A program made the translations under genes and the position numbers. 64,000 nucleotides of DNA from Leucoraja ocellata (taxonomy: Eukaryota): contig JAWMAR010000283.1 in NCBI GenBank assembly GCA_036785375.1, positions 372,001 through 436,000 of the forward strand, read 5' to 3'. Below the pieces are notes generated by a model. The model was not told the origin of the DNA, did not search any database, and saw only the letters and a program-made list of their open reading frames with translations. Shown here one piece after another: positions 12,248 to 26,300 of the stretch. The first letter of the stretch is position 1; each line of letters starts with the position of its first letter.

Positions 12248-12549
12248 TTAGTTTAGTTTAGAGGTACAGCGCGGAAATTGGCCCTACGGCCCACCGAGCC
12301 CTCGCCGACCAGCAATCACCCCTGTGCACTAGCACTATCCTACAGACTAACAATTTACAATTCGTACGAAAGCCAATTAACCTACAAACCGGTACGTCTT
12401 TGGAGTGTGGGAAAAAGCCGGAGCACATGGAGAAAATCCAAACCGTCACGGGAAAAACGTACATACTCCGTATAGACAGCACCCGTGGTCAGGATCGAAC
12501 CTGGGTCTCTGTCTCTGTACGGCAGCAGCACTACTGCTGTGCCACTGTT
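12248..12549 (-). mobile_element. V-SINE (HE1-like), full length
   Basis: (CTAAA)n tail, V-domain and B-box-like caggttcgatcctgacc on the minus strand. Confidence 0.85.
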
Positions 12550-12609
12550 CCACCCTTTTAAAATCTACAAGTTCTACAAGCATAACTCATTAAACTATCT
12601 TCGACGGGC

Positions 12610-13190
12610 ATTGGCGATAAATAAAATAGCCAATGAAATTCTGGCATCTTCATGCACAATACTAGACTTTAAATTTTTCAGTCTAAAACTTAATTTCCAG
12701 AAGGTGCACTTTAAGTTACAGCTGAATAAAGCTCTGGTTAGACCACTGCCAGAGTATGGGGTTCAGTTTTGAGCAGCACTCTTACAAAGGATATACCAGA
12801 TCTGGAGTGAGTGCAATACAGACATATAGGAATGTTGCCTTGCTGACAAGGGCTAAAGTGCAAGGACTGATACTACAAACTACAGTTACAACTCTGGAAA
12901 TGTAGAAGATTATGGACTAATTTAATCAAAGTTTTCAGGATATTAAGAGAAACGATAAGATAACGAGAATGGGAACATAAAACGTTTTTACATGGGGGGG
13001 AGAGGATCAGGAATACACTGTGGCAGGAATGCTGGGAAGAGAATCAAGCAGGACTTTCAATAGGGAACTGAATAGGCCGTTGAGAAAAAAAAAATGCAGG
13101 AAATATTCACAAGAGCTGCAAATAAAATTGAATGGGATGCATTAGAAGGTGTCGGCACTCACTGGGTGTATAGCATTTTTCTGTGCTATA
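12610..13190 (+). mobile_element. Old, degraded CR1 3' portion
   Basis: KALVRPLPEYGVQF motif (ORF 12485-12772) and downstream decayed CR1 sequence; related fragments at 11830-12210. Confidence 0.65.
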
Positions 13191-13199
13191 ACCAGATTT

Positions 13200-13480
13200 G
13201 ATAAGCAGCGTAGGCTGAGAACTACCTGGTGATAGATCATTCCTCATTCGGAAGGAACAATGGATAGAGACCAATCAGTCTTGGTATTGACTGATGGGCA
13301 CTATTCTAGCGACCTCCTGCTGTGAGGTCAAGATTGGGTTTGGCAAGAACAGTGGCACAATTGACTGCAGTAGATTGTTGAGGCTCAAAGAGGAATAGCA
13401 CACACTTGGGTCTGGTACTGGAAGGCACTGGCTTCTATGAAACCATAATCAAGGCCTTCAGAAGAAAAGGGAATGGGAGT
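13200..13480 (+). mobile_element. Ancient SINE, LF-SINE-like (tentative)
   Basis: 3' portion (aggctca...cacttgggtctggtactggaaggc...ccttcagaagaaaaggg) resembles the LF-SINE 3' region from memory; not aligned. Confidence 0.35.
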
Positions 13481-15384
13481 AATCAGACTCAAGTTAAGAA
13501 AAAGTAAACAAATTGAGATGATTCATTACAGTGTTAAGTAAGGTTTAATGATCAATTGCTGAAACAGATGACCCGAGTTGCTGTTTATATAGAAGCCACA
13601 TTTAAACAATAAGAGGAAAGGCAGAGACCAAACTGAACTTTTTTCTTAAAAAGTGTTTTGTAATAATGCACTACAATTTACAATTATGGTTTAAAAGATT
13701 ACAGAATTAGGAATAGTTTCTTAATTGAAGTTCATATCCTCATAGCTTTAAGCTGAAAATTGTAAATATACCTGAATGAGTTAAATCTTTGCGAATTCTA
13801 GGCTTGAAGTATTCCAACATTTAAAGACATAATAGATGCCTTTTTTTACCCACGCGTTAAATGCTTTCAAGGCAAATTCACAAGCAAAATTAAAATTATT
13901 TATTGTGGAAGAAAAGTAATTTTTAGCAAAAAAAAGGCAAGTTACAATTATACAGAAACAGAGGATAAAATGTAGCAAATTTGAATCAACTTTTTTGCAG
14001 CTTTATTGCTTCATAATGGGCAGTCACGGGCTGGAGGAGATTTAATACATGCCCTCAATGCAATGGATCTAATTTTCAGAAGGAATATCCACACTAAGAT
14101 CATATCTATTGAATAAATTGACACACATTTTTGTTTCTGTTACATATTTCTCTGGAGTGGATAAGTCAACACACCATGCAAAACAGAACAGTGCATTTGG
14201 TTTTATTCCATTAGCAGTCCCAACACATCCTCTAAACACTGACATGATATGAATGCAGCTTTCTGGAGCAAAGGCACTTCACTGGCATTCCGAGGAGCTC
14301 TTTTATAATTGTACAACACTTGTCTTTCCAAAAGAATCAGGATGCACTTCTCTGAGGTTGGGCAATTTTACATTTGTGCATTAGTAAGCTCTCAGTTTCT
14401 CCATAAACATCACTTGCGCATAAAATTGTAATAATTTGTCAAAGGACAAGTCTGGGTTATTACCAAACATTTAAGTGTATTAACTACAGTGTACAAGACT
14501 TACACTTAGCTCTATTTATAAAACAGACCAGCAAAAAGGCATAGCAGACAGCAAACTCACGAGTATGTGATACTTAGATCTAACAGAACACATTGTCTAT
14601 AAAAAGCAGTCATAGTGTTCAATAGAACAGTTACAATCAATAGCTGGCAAGAAAGTCAAGAGGTTGTAACTTCAGGATAAATTAAAATCAGAAAGCCAAT
14701 TAAAATCAGAAAGCACAGAGCATTTTTTGATGTTTATCTCAAAGTCTCTTTAAACTAGATGACTACAAGCAGTGCACTATAGCGGTTTTACCATGGTAAA
14801 TGTTTGCTACTATGAAGCAAGTACAGTGTCCAATTTCTTCCACTTGTTGAGTTTTGTGGTCATAAATGTGGAAAGTGTTTTGCTCTGGATCACAGTAGAA
14901 TATTTTGCCAAACTCACAGAGACCAGTATCGTAATTACCTTTCTTCAGGCAATCTTTAATTCTAGGAATCATGCTTTTCCAATGGATAGAGGATCAATAA
15001 TTAACACGCACATGCTTATCACAAACAATCGCTCAATAAAACTTTTACTGAATAAGGAAACTAAAATTGATGTAAAAAACGTGATTTTCAAATATTCATT
15101 GTCATGCACTTGGATAGTTTAAAGTTTGCTCAAATTGAAAACCTAAGTTACATTCCTGCCGTTGAACAGGTAAATTCACGAAGTATCGTGTTTGCAGTTT
15201 CATTCCTTCATTTTTTACATTACCCATTCAAATCACATTTTCATCATCTATCACTGACATACATGAAACCAAAATTGATCTTAACTGAGGTTTTAATTAG
15301 CCAATTTGAATAAGGATAAAGAATTTTAAACCTTTTTAAGGTTATGTAATATATCATAATTTTCCCGTTCTTCCACAGTTCTTT

Positions 15385-15700
15385 GGGATTGAGGATGACG
15401 CTTTCACTCTTTGTGGGCTCTGTGGTGGCTGTTAGCAGATTCGTCTACTGATAGGGTAAATGTTGTCTGGAGGCGGATATGCAGGTAGTTTGTGAGGTGG
15501 TATATTTCTTCTGCCACCTACTTAGGGTCTCCTCGAGGTCCTGACACATGGACATAAGGTCCTCAATATCATCCTGAGTGCACCTTCTCTATGTCGAATG
15601 GTCATAGACCAGAGATGACCAAGAGTGGGAGGGGATATTGCCTATTTTCAAGTGAACACACACTTTCTTCTGTCTTTCTGGCAATCTTTTTCAGAACAGC
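15385..15700 (-). mobile_element. RTE-clade LINE 3' remnant
   Basis: Minus strand cttggtcatctctggtctatgaccattcgacatagagaaggtgcactcaggatg resembles the RTE ORF end (WE.LA.D...WR). Confidence 0.5.
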
Positions 15701-16120
15701 ATGTGCTAGTTCAGATTTTCTCCCGCGGTGGAACAGATAAAATGGAGCAACATTTCTTTTATAAAATTAATTAAACAAACCTTTAAAATAAACGATTTCA
15801 TTCGTCTGCCTCGCACAAAGCTTTCAATTAATTATTTTTGCAGCGGCAGAATTTTTCTCTTCTCTGTGGAGGAAAGAGTTCGGATGTAGAAAGATTAAAC
15901 TATCTATAAAGTCTTGACACGGACTGGGATGCTGATAATGGGAGGTATGTGTCTGCAGTTCTTGGCTGCTCACAGAAGTGTGTTGCTGAAGTAAAGCAGA
16001 AACACAATGTGTTTTTCTAAAGAGGTATTATGGTGACCCAGGGCAGCAGGAGTTCAACTAAAGTTCAGGAGAGATGTTGCCAGTAGTTAGCACTGCAGGA
16101 AGGCAAAATTACTTCCGGAT

Positions 16121-16274
16121 TCACCTCTTCTTTCCACTGTCAATGCTGGCTCTGGTATGGTGGAAGGTTATAATATCTTCAGGGAAGCAATCTTTTAATA
16201 ATATTCCACGTTCACGATGACAGTCCAACTCCTTAATAAATCCGCACCAGTAGATCACTAATCCGGGTCCAAAT
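16121..16274 (-). CDS. CDIN1: CDIN1 (C15orf41) terminal coding exon
   Basis: Acceptor ttttcag|A at 16274; translates (R)[50 protein letters not shown], matching the recalled vertebrate CDIN1 C-terminus ([27 protein letters not shown]); phase fits the exon at 60318-60423. Confidence 0.93.
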
Positions 16275-16429
16275 CTGAAAATTAGATGTAAAAGATGTTA
16301 AATTCCATTCAGAAAGTCTGGCTGTATTAATTGCACTTCCCTGGCTGCTTTATTTACATTTTCCACACGTTGAAGGTGAAAGCTTTGCCAAAGTGAAAAT
16401 ATACATATGCAAGTTGCTGTCCTATGACA

Positions 16430-16930
16430 AAGCATCTACTGTGCTGAGATTTCCAAGAGGTATTGATAAGGGGCTGCATCAAATGTTACTGCAGAAAATA
16501 AAAGCTCATGATTTATTTGGCAACTTCTCAGCATAAATAGACGATTGGCTAATAAGAAACAGAAAAAGTAATTGTGAGAAAGTTGACCATGGATAACCAA
16601 AATGGGCAAGATGCCATATGAAGAATATAGAACAGGTTAAGCTCGTGTCCACTGGGGTTTAGAAGAATGAAAATGACATTTTTTACAGCATATCTTGAAT
16701 GACCTTGATAGGGTGGATGTGGAGAGGATATTTCCTTTTGAGGGAGAATCCAGAATCAGGAGTCATTGTCCTGGATTTTTTCTCTTAGGGCAGAGTTTTT
16801 AAATTCATATCTTGAAGAGTGGCAGAAGTGAAGTCTTTAGATATTTTTAAGGCAGTTAGATTCCTGACAAGTAGACAAAGGATTCCTAGTTGGCAGGATT
16901 GTGCATCTGCGATTACAATCTGGGCAGTTG
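16430..16930 (+). mobile_element. Old CR1 fragments
   Basis: gatttccaagaggtattgataag (DF.K.FDK) and cttgatagggtggatgtggagaggatatttcc...gagaatccagaatcagg motifs. Confidence 0.6.
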
Positions 16931-19900
16931 ATACAAGAACGTACAGATTAGGACCAGGAGTAGGTCACCCAACCCCTCGAGCCTGCTTTTAAATTCAATA
17001 ATATCATGCCAGGTCTGACTGTAATCTGCAAAGCAGAGGTTGTATTTATGGACTTAAAGCAATAGGATATACATCTCTTTTATCTCTTGTCTTTAAAATA
17101 AAATCAAGGGTCTTATCTGGGACAAGAATTTGAATGCTAGATGGCACAACTCCACCATTTGGTGTTTCAGACTAATCAACGTTATTGTCAGCTACTAAAT
17201 CTGATGAGTTAGATTAAGTGCCTCACATCTTCCATGAAAATGGGTAATTAAAGAGTACACTCAAAACCTCAGCTATTTCAGCCAAAATCAACAAACATTT
17301 ACATCTCACCAATGTTTCATCCTCTGCAAGGTAACAGTGGCCAATATAATAGGTCCAGCAGTGTTATTTTGAAGTCATATTGCCATTTGGATAGTTTCCT
17401 GGTCATTTTGCAACGTTGGAATTTTCCTTTTGTAGTGCTATAGCATGTTCGTCAACACTGAATTTCCTGGAAACATTTTTTTCTCCCCTCTCAAACACAT
17501 CTAGTATTCCAAGAAAATGAAGTCTCTTTGTGCTCCTTGCACGAGGATACAATAATCTGCCTGACTGGCTGTGACTTCCCAACTATTGGGAAAGTGTGCC
17601 AAAAGGCACAATTATAACCAAAGGATTTCTGTGACGACAGTAAACTAGTACGACAATGTTGCAGCTTCATTGTGAAGGGGGAAGTAAGAAAATAACATAA
17701 AAGTTAATGGGTTGCATATTTACTTTGAACTTCAGCAAGAAACTGTACTGAGACATGACTTATTGCCAAATTGAAAGGGTTTTACCTTTTGCACACTCCA
17801 CACATATATTTTGTGACCAAAAGCATGAAAATAAACAAAAATATTTGAAAATATAAAAATTAAAATATTTCAATATTTTCAATCCATCTTAGTGTTGTAC
17901 TCAACTAACAATTCTGTTACTGTACATAAGACCAACTGACTAGAGTGGTGGTTAAAAAACATGTTCTAAATCTTGGAACTGTGACATAGCCTTTAAATGG
18001 ATATGCTGAGCCCACCAGGCAATCTCAGGAAGTAGCCCTGTGGAATAGTTGACCCATCAGGAAGTTAGGACCTTCAGCAAGAGTTCATAAAGATGCAATC
18101 ACTATCAATCAGAACATGTCACCACTTGGTCTGTACTTCGGAATCAGAGTTGTTTTACCAATGAGCAACCAAACAAGTTGGTGAATTCTTTCTCTGATGC
18201 TCAACTACAAACGGTCAAATTAGTAAAACATCCTTGCTAATCAGAGGTCATCAGACAGAAATGCTATGTAACTGTTGAAATCTTCACACTTCTAGCCGGC
18301 TTCCAGTATTGTGTAAAATTTCCAGTGCAAAAATACAGCACTGAACAAATGCAAAATGCATAACACAGCAAATCTGAAGCGAAAATATCTATTCATGCAA
18401 TGGAAATTCTTCAAAAATTGTGCAATTAATGACACATGGCAATTTATAAAAAAAATAAATTGTTCCAGTCAGTTCTGCTTATATCAAAGAAACATGATTA
18501 TAAATAATTGCTGGAATGATCAACTAATGATCTAAGTATTTTGCAAGTCAGGGGTCAAGTATCAATTAATAATAATCAATAACTACATCTTTGAAAGTTT
18601 TAAAGTAAGCATGTCAGGTATAACATTTTGAATAAAACATGTATCCGTGATTATTTACTACAGATTAACCAAATACAAATAAGTAAACATGAATTAGCAT
18701 CCTAATGATGTGTCCAATAGTAATTGTTACCCATCTCAAGGGCCGTCTGCTTAGAGCAATTGAACCATGTGCGTATAAATGCTGGCCACATTAGACACAA
18801 TCTACCACACGAGAAGAATAATTCTGCCTGTACAAAATCGCTAATAGTCAAATTAGTGATAATTTAAATTTGAGTATTAAAGAAAAATGCCAAATAATGC
18901 CATGTCAGAGCAACATTTTTAATACATCTTAGTCTAATAAAAGTAATCAAAATCCAAAATGCGATTCAAAAAGTTGCGTAACAAGTCTCAACCAGTTTAA
19001 AAGTTTATTTTCAGCAGCACATTTTAAAATAGTTTGATGTCCAAACAATACTTTTGAACACGCCTTCTTTGGAAATGATTGTTTGATTTACGTCCTAGAC
19101 GATTTTGTCAGTCAAATATAAGACTATTTAAACTTAAGCATTTAAAAATTGCATGTGAACTATGAGATCACTATTTCGGTTTGAAATATCACTCAATGTA
19201 CAAAAAGTTTTGCTGCATCAATTCTTCATTTCATCTCTCTCATGATTTTGCTCAAGATCGAATAATTAACCTCTATCTCAAATAATTTGCATTTCATTGG
19301 CACAGATATTCCAGATAAATCCCTTTTAGATTAATTTTGTACAAACTCACAATCTTAGCAAATATACACCTGAAATGCAAATGAGAACCACACATTTTAA
19401 TGTTAACTTTTTGTATAAATAGCAATAAATAGTTAAGTATTGAAAGAATAATTATACTTTGTGACTTGCGATTCATGTTGAACATTTTTCTCAATACAAT
19501 TCTGTAACTTAGTACAGCGGTCCTAATCAGTGCTGCCACAACTGCACCAGAATAATCGCCGTCCATTTCATCCAAGGCTAACTACAGTAGTTTTCTTACC
19601 ATATCATATTTTCAGTAATACTGTTGGCTGTCCATATCTTGCCTCAGGTATTGAATCATGACGAACATGCAAGTCAATTTCTTATAATGACTGCATTGCC
19701 ATGTAGAGTGCAACACTGTCCATATTTTAGTTTAGAATTTGGGGCTTCAATTGCATTTTTTGTTTGTGTTAAAAATTGGAATTTTTAAACTATTGATTTC
19801 AATTAAAAAATGGTTAATGATAAAAAACTTTGTGTACACTCATTGCTGAATAAATTTTAGCTGACTACATTTGACTCAATGGTGGCAAGTTGTTTACTTG

Positions 19901-21059
19901 GTCTGGGTGTGGTTGGTGCTGAGTAAAACTATGCATCATAGGCTTCCACATAACTTAAAGTATTTATTCTATTAACTATAATCTGAACAATCATTATTCA
20001 GCGTTTGGTGTACACAATCTGCTTTGTATTCACAGTAACATTTCAAGCTGATTGAGGTTTCATCACAGCGCAAACAATTGGAGTTTAATGTGTGTCATAT
20101 AAAAATTGTTGTGAATTAAAATTAACAGAAAATATCATTTTGGTTTAATGTCAGTATTGTGGAAAGACATATCTCTGATTGCTGCAATTTAGTACTTCTT
20201 TCAATATTGCTTGCCCAAAATTGCAACAGCCTGAGCTTGTCGGCATCCAAATAAACAGCAGTTCACATTCACTGGAAAGAAAAGTGAGAAAAGGAAGTCA
20301 TTCAGCTTGGTTTTTTTGGTGCTCGCATTTCACCAATGCAAGTCAAAAATAATTCCACTGCCCTGCTTTCCACTATCCATAACTCACTTACCCCTCCTCA
20401 AACCCCCGACTGTCAATTGCTTTCGTCTTTACTTTCTCTACCTTTTCACTCTTAATGACAATTTTTTTAGGTAAAGAAATGTATTCTAGGTTTTCACGTC
20501 ACTCTCACAGTGACTCTAAATTGATGACCCATAACTAGTGGAAATAAACATTTCCGATGCACTTCATCAAAACTCTTTGTAATATTTTATTACAAAATAT
20601 AACCACCTCCTGTGTTTCCATACATCATATAGTCATTATATCTGTTCTATTCATATATCCCTGGTGAACCTGGGCCAGGCCATCATTACTGCTTCTTCCT
20701 ACTCATTCTCAAAGGCTGAAGGTGAGTCTAATACTAGAGAAAGCTTAGCGAGCAAAGAGAAAATATGAAATGTTAAATACCATTACCCAGTAAAATAAAA
20801 AAAAATTAAAGATCTTTTATGTACATAAAAAGCAAGGAATCATAAAACATTGATAAGGATGCAAATCAAAAACTGTGTGTGGAAGCAGATGTTCTTCATG
20901 AATAGTTGGTGATCTTGTTCAGAAAAAGGAACGATGCTGATATTGCTGAACTGGGATTGTGGTATCAACCCATGCAAAACGTAGTGAAAGAGGATATATT
21001 AAAGGGTTTAGGATCCTTGGAAATTGACTAAGAAATATGTGAGTAGACCTGATGCACCA

Positions 21060-21342
21060 GTGGGAGAGTCTAGGACCAGAGGGAATAGCTTCAGAATAAA
21101 AGGACTCACCTTCAAAAAGGAGATAAGGAGAAATTTCTTTACTCAGAGGGTGGTGAATCTGTAGAATTCATTGCCACAAACCGTTGTGGAGGCCATGACA
21201 TTGGATATTTTAAGGCGGAGATTGACAGATTCCTGATTAGTAAGGGTGTCAAGGGTTACAGGAAGGCAGGAGAATGGGGTTGAGGGGGATAGAATGACAG
21301 AGTAGACTCAATGGGCCGAATGGCCTAATTCTGCTCTTATGA
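21060..21342 (+). mobile_element. CR1 3' fragment
   Basis: GESRTRG.SFRIKG...FFTQRVVNL and tail gggccgaatggcctaattctgctc; followed by a Penelope-type repeat fragment at 21343-21445. Confidence 0.8.
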
Positions 21343-21463
21343 CCTGAAACATCGACAATTCCCCCCCACCACCCACCAACCTAGAGATGCTGCTCCACCT
21401 GCCGAATTCCTCCAGCACTTTGATTTTTTGCTCAAGTTTCCAACATTGTCAGCGTCTTACACT

Positions 21464-22814
21464 TTTTTTTTTTTTTTTAATATTTTTATTAGTAGACATA
21501 TTATAAAGTATAGTTACATATTATAGTAAAAAGACTTTTCATATACATCAGTCATACATTATTACAATTTTCAATTATCAATTACTTCTGCTTCTAGTGT
21601 TTTTATTTTTTTATAGAAAAAGAGAGAAAGAGAGGGTAGAAAGTTACAAATAAAAAATTAAAAAAACCAGAAAAACAAAGGAGGTGGAATGGATTACCTG
21701 TAATACGTCAATGGAGATAGGTTCGTAGATTATAAAGTATAGCTTTTCATCTGATCCTGAGTTCAAGTTTCAGTTGGGTCCTCGTGCTGTGCCAATCTAT
21801 CCCTTCAGATAGTTAATGAATGGAGCCCAGATTTTATCGAAAAGATCTTGTTTGTCCATTAAGACAAGTCTAATTCTTTCTAAGTATAGGGTCTCCGACA
21901 TTTCTGTAATCCACATTTTAATTGTGGGGGTTGTAGGGCCTTTCCAAAATTTTAATATTAATTTTTTCCCGATTATTATACTGTAGTCGAGGAAATTTCT
22001 TTAGTTTGTTGTGAGTGTTAAACTTTGTTCTGATATTCCAAGTATTATTAATTTTGTATCTGGGTCCAGTTTTGTATTAATAACTTCTGAAGTTATTTCA
22101 AAAATATCAGTCCAGAAATGTTTAAGTTTTATACAGTTTGCAAACGAGTGTGTTAAATTAGTCTCTAGATGTAGACATTTATCACAAATAGGAGAGATTT
22201 GTGGGAAGATTCTATTTAGTTTAATTTTATAGTAGTGTAGTCTATGTAAGACCTTAAATTGTATTAAAGTATGTCTGGCATTTAATGAACATTGATGTAT
22301 TTGTTGTAAACTTTCGTCCCACATATCTTTCGTTATAGGGTGACCTATTTCATTTTCCCATTTGTATCTATATGGTTCGGTCGGTGGTACCTCGTTGTTT
22401 AGTAGGGTGTTATAAATATAAGCTATTAGTTTTTCAGTATTAGGATGCTTGTTCAAACATTCATCAAGAATTTCTGATTCCCTACTCCTGAAGACTTGTG
22501 TATTAGATTTAACATAATCTCTAATTTGTAGATATCTGAAGAAATGATTTGAGTGCAGTCCATAATTCTGTTGTAACTCTTGAAATGAAAGAAAAGTGCC
22601 TTTCCCATAAAGATGTCCTATATTTTTGATTCCATAATTTTTCCATTGGGTGAATCCTTTGTCCATAAAGGATGATTTGAATAAAGGATTATTTACAATG
22701 GGAAGGCATAGTGGTATATTATTCAATTTTAAATCTTTTTTTATTTGTTTCCAAATTCGTATTCCACTATGTATTATGGGGTTTTCTTTATAGGTTTTTT
22801 TGTGCAGTTTTGTG
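21464..22814 (-). mobile_element. L1-clade LINE, 5'-truncated, with poly(A) tail and TSD
   Basis: ORF 22001-22726 has the zf-RVT region (IQFKVLHRLHY...CDKC...LTHSFANC); T16 run at 21463-21478 with AATAAA upstream on the minus strand; flanks gcgtcttacact (21452-21463) and gcatcttatact (22815-22826). Confidence 0.9.
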
Positions 22815-22959
22815 GCATCTTATACTATGATCAATCTGTGATAGTTGGCATGGATTTTTTAAGGGATTGCACTTAAATTTTTAAGTTAACAAAGGAATCA
22901 ACGAGAGCATTGGATTCATTTTCAAATGGCAGCCTGGTCAAAGAGGTAAATACACATGA

Positions 22960-23310
22960 AATGAAGCATCTCATCTTCTTTCCCACCAGCCACCCCATTC
23001 AAAGGATTATCTTTGAACACTACAGCATGATGCTACCTTCAATTCCATCGATCCTGCCCTTTCCACTAGGCATTCTGGTGATAATATGTTCATGTTCAGC
23101 AAACCAAATGCTGATTAGATAATCATTTTGCAAATTCATTCAGTGCGCATATAAGACCTTGAGCTTCTAGTCCTTTTACTTGAATTCTGCCTCTGTTCTT
23201 GGGCACCTGTACTGCTCCAATAAAGTTCAATATATGCTTGGCAAGCAGCACCTTAACCTTTGACTAGGCATGTAATAGCCTTCTGGAATCAACACTTGTG
23301 TTAAGTAATT
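22960..23310 (+). mobile_element. Degraded Penelope-like element (GIY-YIG C-terminal remnant)
   Basis: aagcagcaccttaacctttgactaggcatgtaatagccttctggaatcaac resembles the EQHLIFRLG.LQP.G.N terminus of vertebrate Penelope ORFs. Confidence 0.5.
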
Positions 23311-26300
23311 TCATTTACACTCTATTGTCCTTTACATCTCTAGACACATCTTTCATGCCTTGTTGCACCATAACCATCTCTGTGAAGAAGGCAGGTGAAT
23401 GGGGTTAGGAGGGAGAAATAGATCAGCCATGATTGAATGGCGCAGTAAACTTGGGGCCAAATGGCCAAATTCTACTCTTATCACATGATCTTTTGAACCA
23501 CACCCTTCAACGTTTACTTATGTTTTATCCTACCACAGACCTTAAATAAAACATAGCATGCTGTAAATACTCAGCAAGTCAGGCAGCATTTGCGGTGACC
23601 TTTCAACAGAAACTTGCAAGTTCCCTTTGGGATGACAGAATAAAAAGAGCAGTGAAGCAGTCTGATAAACATTGGCAGGTAATTTCAAAAAACTAGGACT
23701 AGTAGTAGACTGCCAAGCTCTCCAGTGTTTGCAAGGGCCCAAATTGGGAAGGCAAGACCAAAACCAACTGACAATGGAGTGAGCATTTTGGAGAAAGTGG
23801 GTAAATTTGTGTCAAGTTTTTCAGGAATAAGTTAATCTGCAGCAGTTGGAGGGTTTTCAGATAAGTACTTTTCAATCACTTACTGAACAGAGTTCACTGC
23901 CAGAATACAATGCAAATTTGTAGACAAATCTTTAAGCATGTAATAGAAAGAAAATAGGTGGCAAATTTAGCCAAATAAAATTTGTCAAATGAGATGAGTT
24001 GTGCACTATTTTGCTTCAATAAACCCATATCCTGAGCACTCAATAATACATATTTTTGTTGATGTTATTATCAACAAAAGCGAGTTTGAAAATTACCTAT
24101 CTAAGAAAAGAAATGTCCTTAAAAAAAATTGAGCACAACTCTACTGATATCAGTAGGTAAGTTATGAAATGAAACATTATTTCATAAAAGATGTAACAGC
24201 GTCTCAAACGTTTACATCTGTGGCACACTCTATGAACTTTTCAGTAGCGTTATTTATGTCCTCTTTCAAATGGCGAGCGTCTGGTCAATTTACATGCTGA
24301 AGTGCAATCAAGATGGAATTTTGTTTGGTCTGTTCATAATTTGTGGAGTCTTCACATGGATCCAGTATGCTTTAAAGATGGAAGGTCTGTATATGGCTTG
24401 TTCCAATCTGGGAATTGACACACAAAAGCACCGACAAGCCACATCCTACACGAGCAGGTTACGAGAACAAGAAATAAAATGAAACACAATCACTTTCCAA
24501 GCTACTTCAAAAGGGAACTGTCTTTAAACAAACCAAAGTTAGATTTCTTTCTCCGGTGAGTAAACAAAGCACTAAGAATCAATTTAACACAATGATATTA
24601 AACAAGCAGCATGATTTAGCCAACTGTGTTGTGATCTTGAACAGAAATACTAAGGAATCTATTTTATAAGCGTGCCGCACTTTGAATAAAAAACAGTGAT
24701 ATTATTTATTTTCTCCACAGTGTTCATTATGTTGCCTGGTATTCTTCGGCAGAAAGATTAGATTGGAAAACTTATTTCATTATTTAACCTCTATAATTAG
24801 CTAGCTAGCAAGCATGAATGGACCACCATATTTTTTCACCCAGCCTGAATCACTTAGCTATCCAATAATGTGGTTGAGATCAGGAACTCACTGTACAAAC
24901 TGTTGAAGAATTGTGCCTATCACACAGGTACAACACATTCAGTGAAACAGCACTTCCACAGCATTACACATTTCCCTCGGTAGACCACAAGCTTTTTTTC
25001 TCTCAGTCCCAGATATGTGAAAAACATTTCCATCACCACCATGACTGTCAAAATTTCCTCTAGAACTACAACACTGCCAGATATTCATGTCCCTTAATAC
25101 CAGAGAATGTCCGTAAAACACTCTCCATGCTAAAGCCAAAAACATTCATCTCCTCACCAAATAATTCTCAAGTTTACAGTTCTGTAAAAAAATCTTGAAT
25201 GCCTCTATGTACTAGCAAGCCACATCTCTCTCTCCCTGATTAACACCGTGTTGTACTGAATAGATACATCATACATGCACCTGCATTATGCCTTAACATT
25301 CCTTTTTGTAGCTTTTTATTTAATGACCGAGTTTTCAATGGCCTTTATCATCATTAGTAAGATTTCAAAGCAAAACAATTGTGTGGTTACACACAGAATC
25401 ACTAATTACAATAACGTCAACACAAGAAAAATGGCATTGAAATACCACCCAAGTCAAATGTGCCCTTTACAAGAAAAAAGAGAGAAAAAAAATCAATCAA
25501 AACATACTTAAGAGAAATAGAAAGGTGTGCCTTCTCAACAGAAAAGCTTTTTATTTTCAAGGCTGAGTATCACTCCTGCCAGCAGATTAAATTAGTCACA
25601 AAATTTTAGGACAAAGTTTGTTTTTTCCTTGCTATTTTTTCTCCAAAAGAATATGGACAAAGCGTAAATTGTGCAGTATCAAAGACTTTGCGTCATATAT
25701 CAGTGAAAGGCCATTTAGAGATGGCTGAAAACAACTAGTTAGAGCCAGTCTCTTTACAGGAAAAAAATTGCCACGCAAACTGTTTCTTATCCTGGGTGAC
25801 AGGGTGTATGAGGCCAGCTATTGCAGGAAGCTGATTTGGGGTCTCCATACTCAAAGCAGTGGTCAAGGAATGTTACCATCAGATGATTAATAGGTGTTTA
25901 TTTTTAGGGTTTGAACTGGAAGGCCATTTCAAGGCCACTGCAAGATGATATCTACATAATCGGAGAGTGCCTTGCACGTTTACAACCTTTTCCCCTGACA
26001 TCTGGGACCTGGCTGTTATCCACACAGGCAGTTAAAAGTGCCAGATAAATTCACAAACAGGATATTCAGACCTGTTTGTGTAAAGAAGCAAGAAAGGAAA
26101 ACTTCAGGAAGTTATGTCCTCTACAATATTCTCGAAATGCGTTGAACCCTCCTACATCACGCAATTTAAACCGTCTTCATTGAAAACTACCTCCATGGTC
26201 TCTGGAGCAAGCTGCAGCCTTCACTGCCCCCTAGCATCCAAATTGCCAGAATTAAAGAAGCTTTAAAGCATTGCTATGGGGAACACAAAGTATCTCCTAA

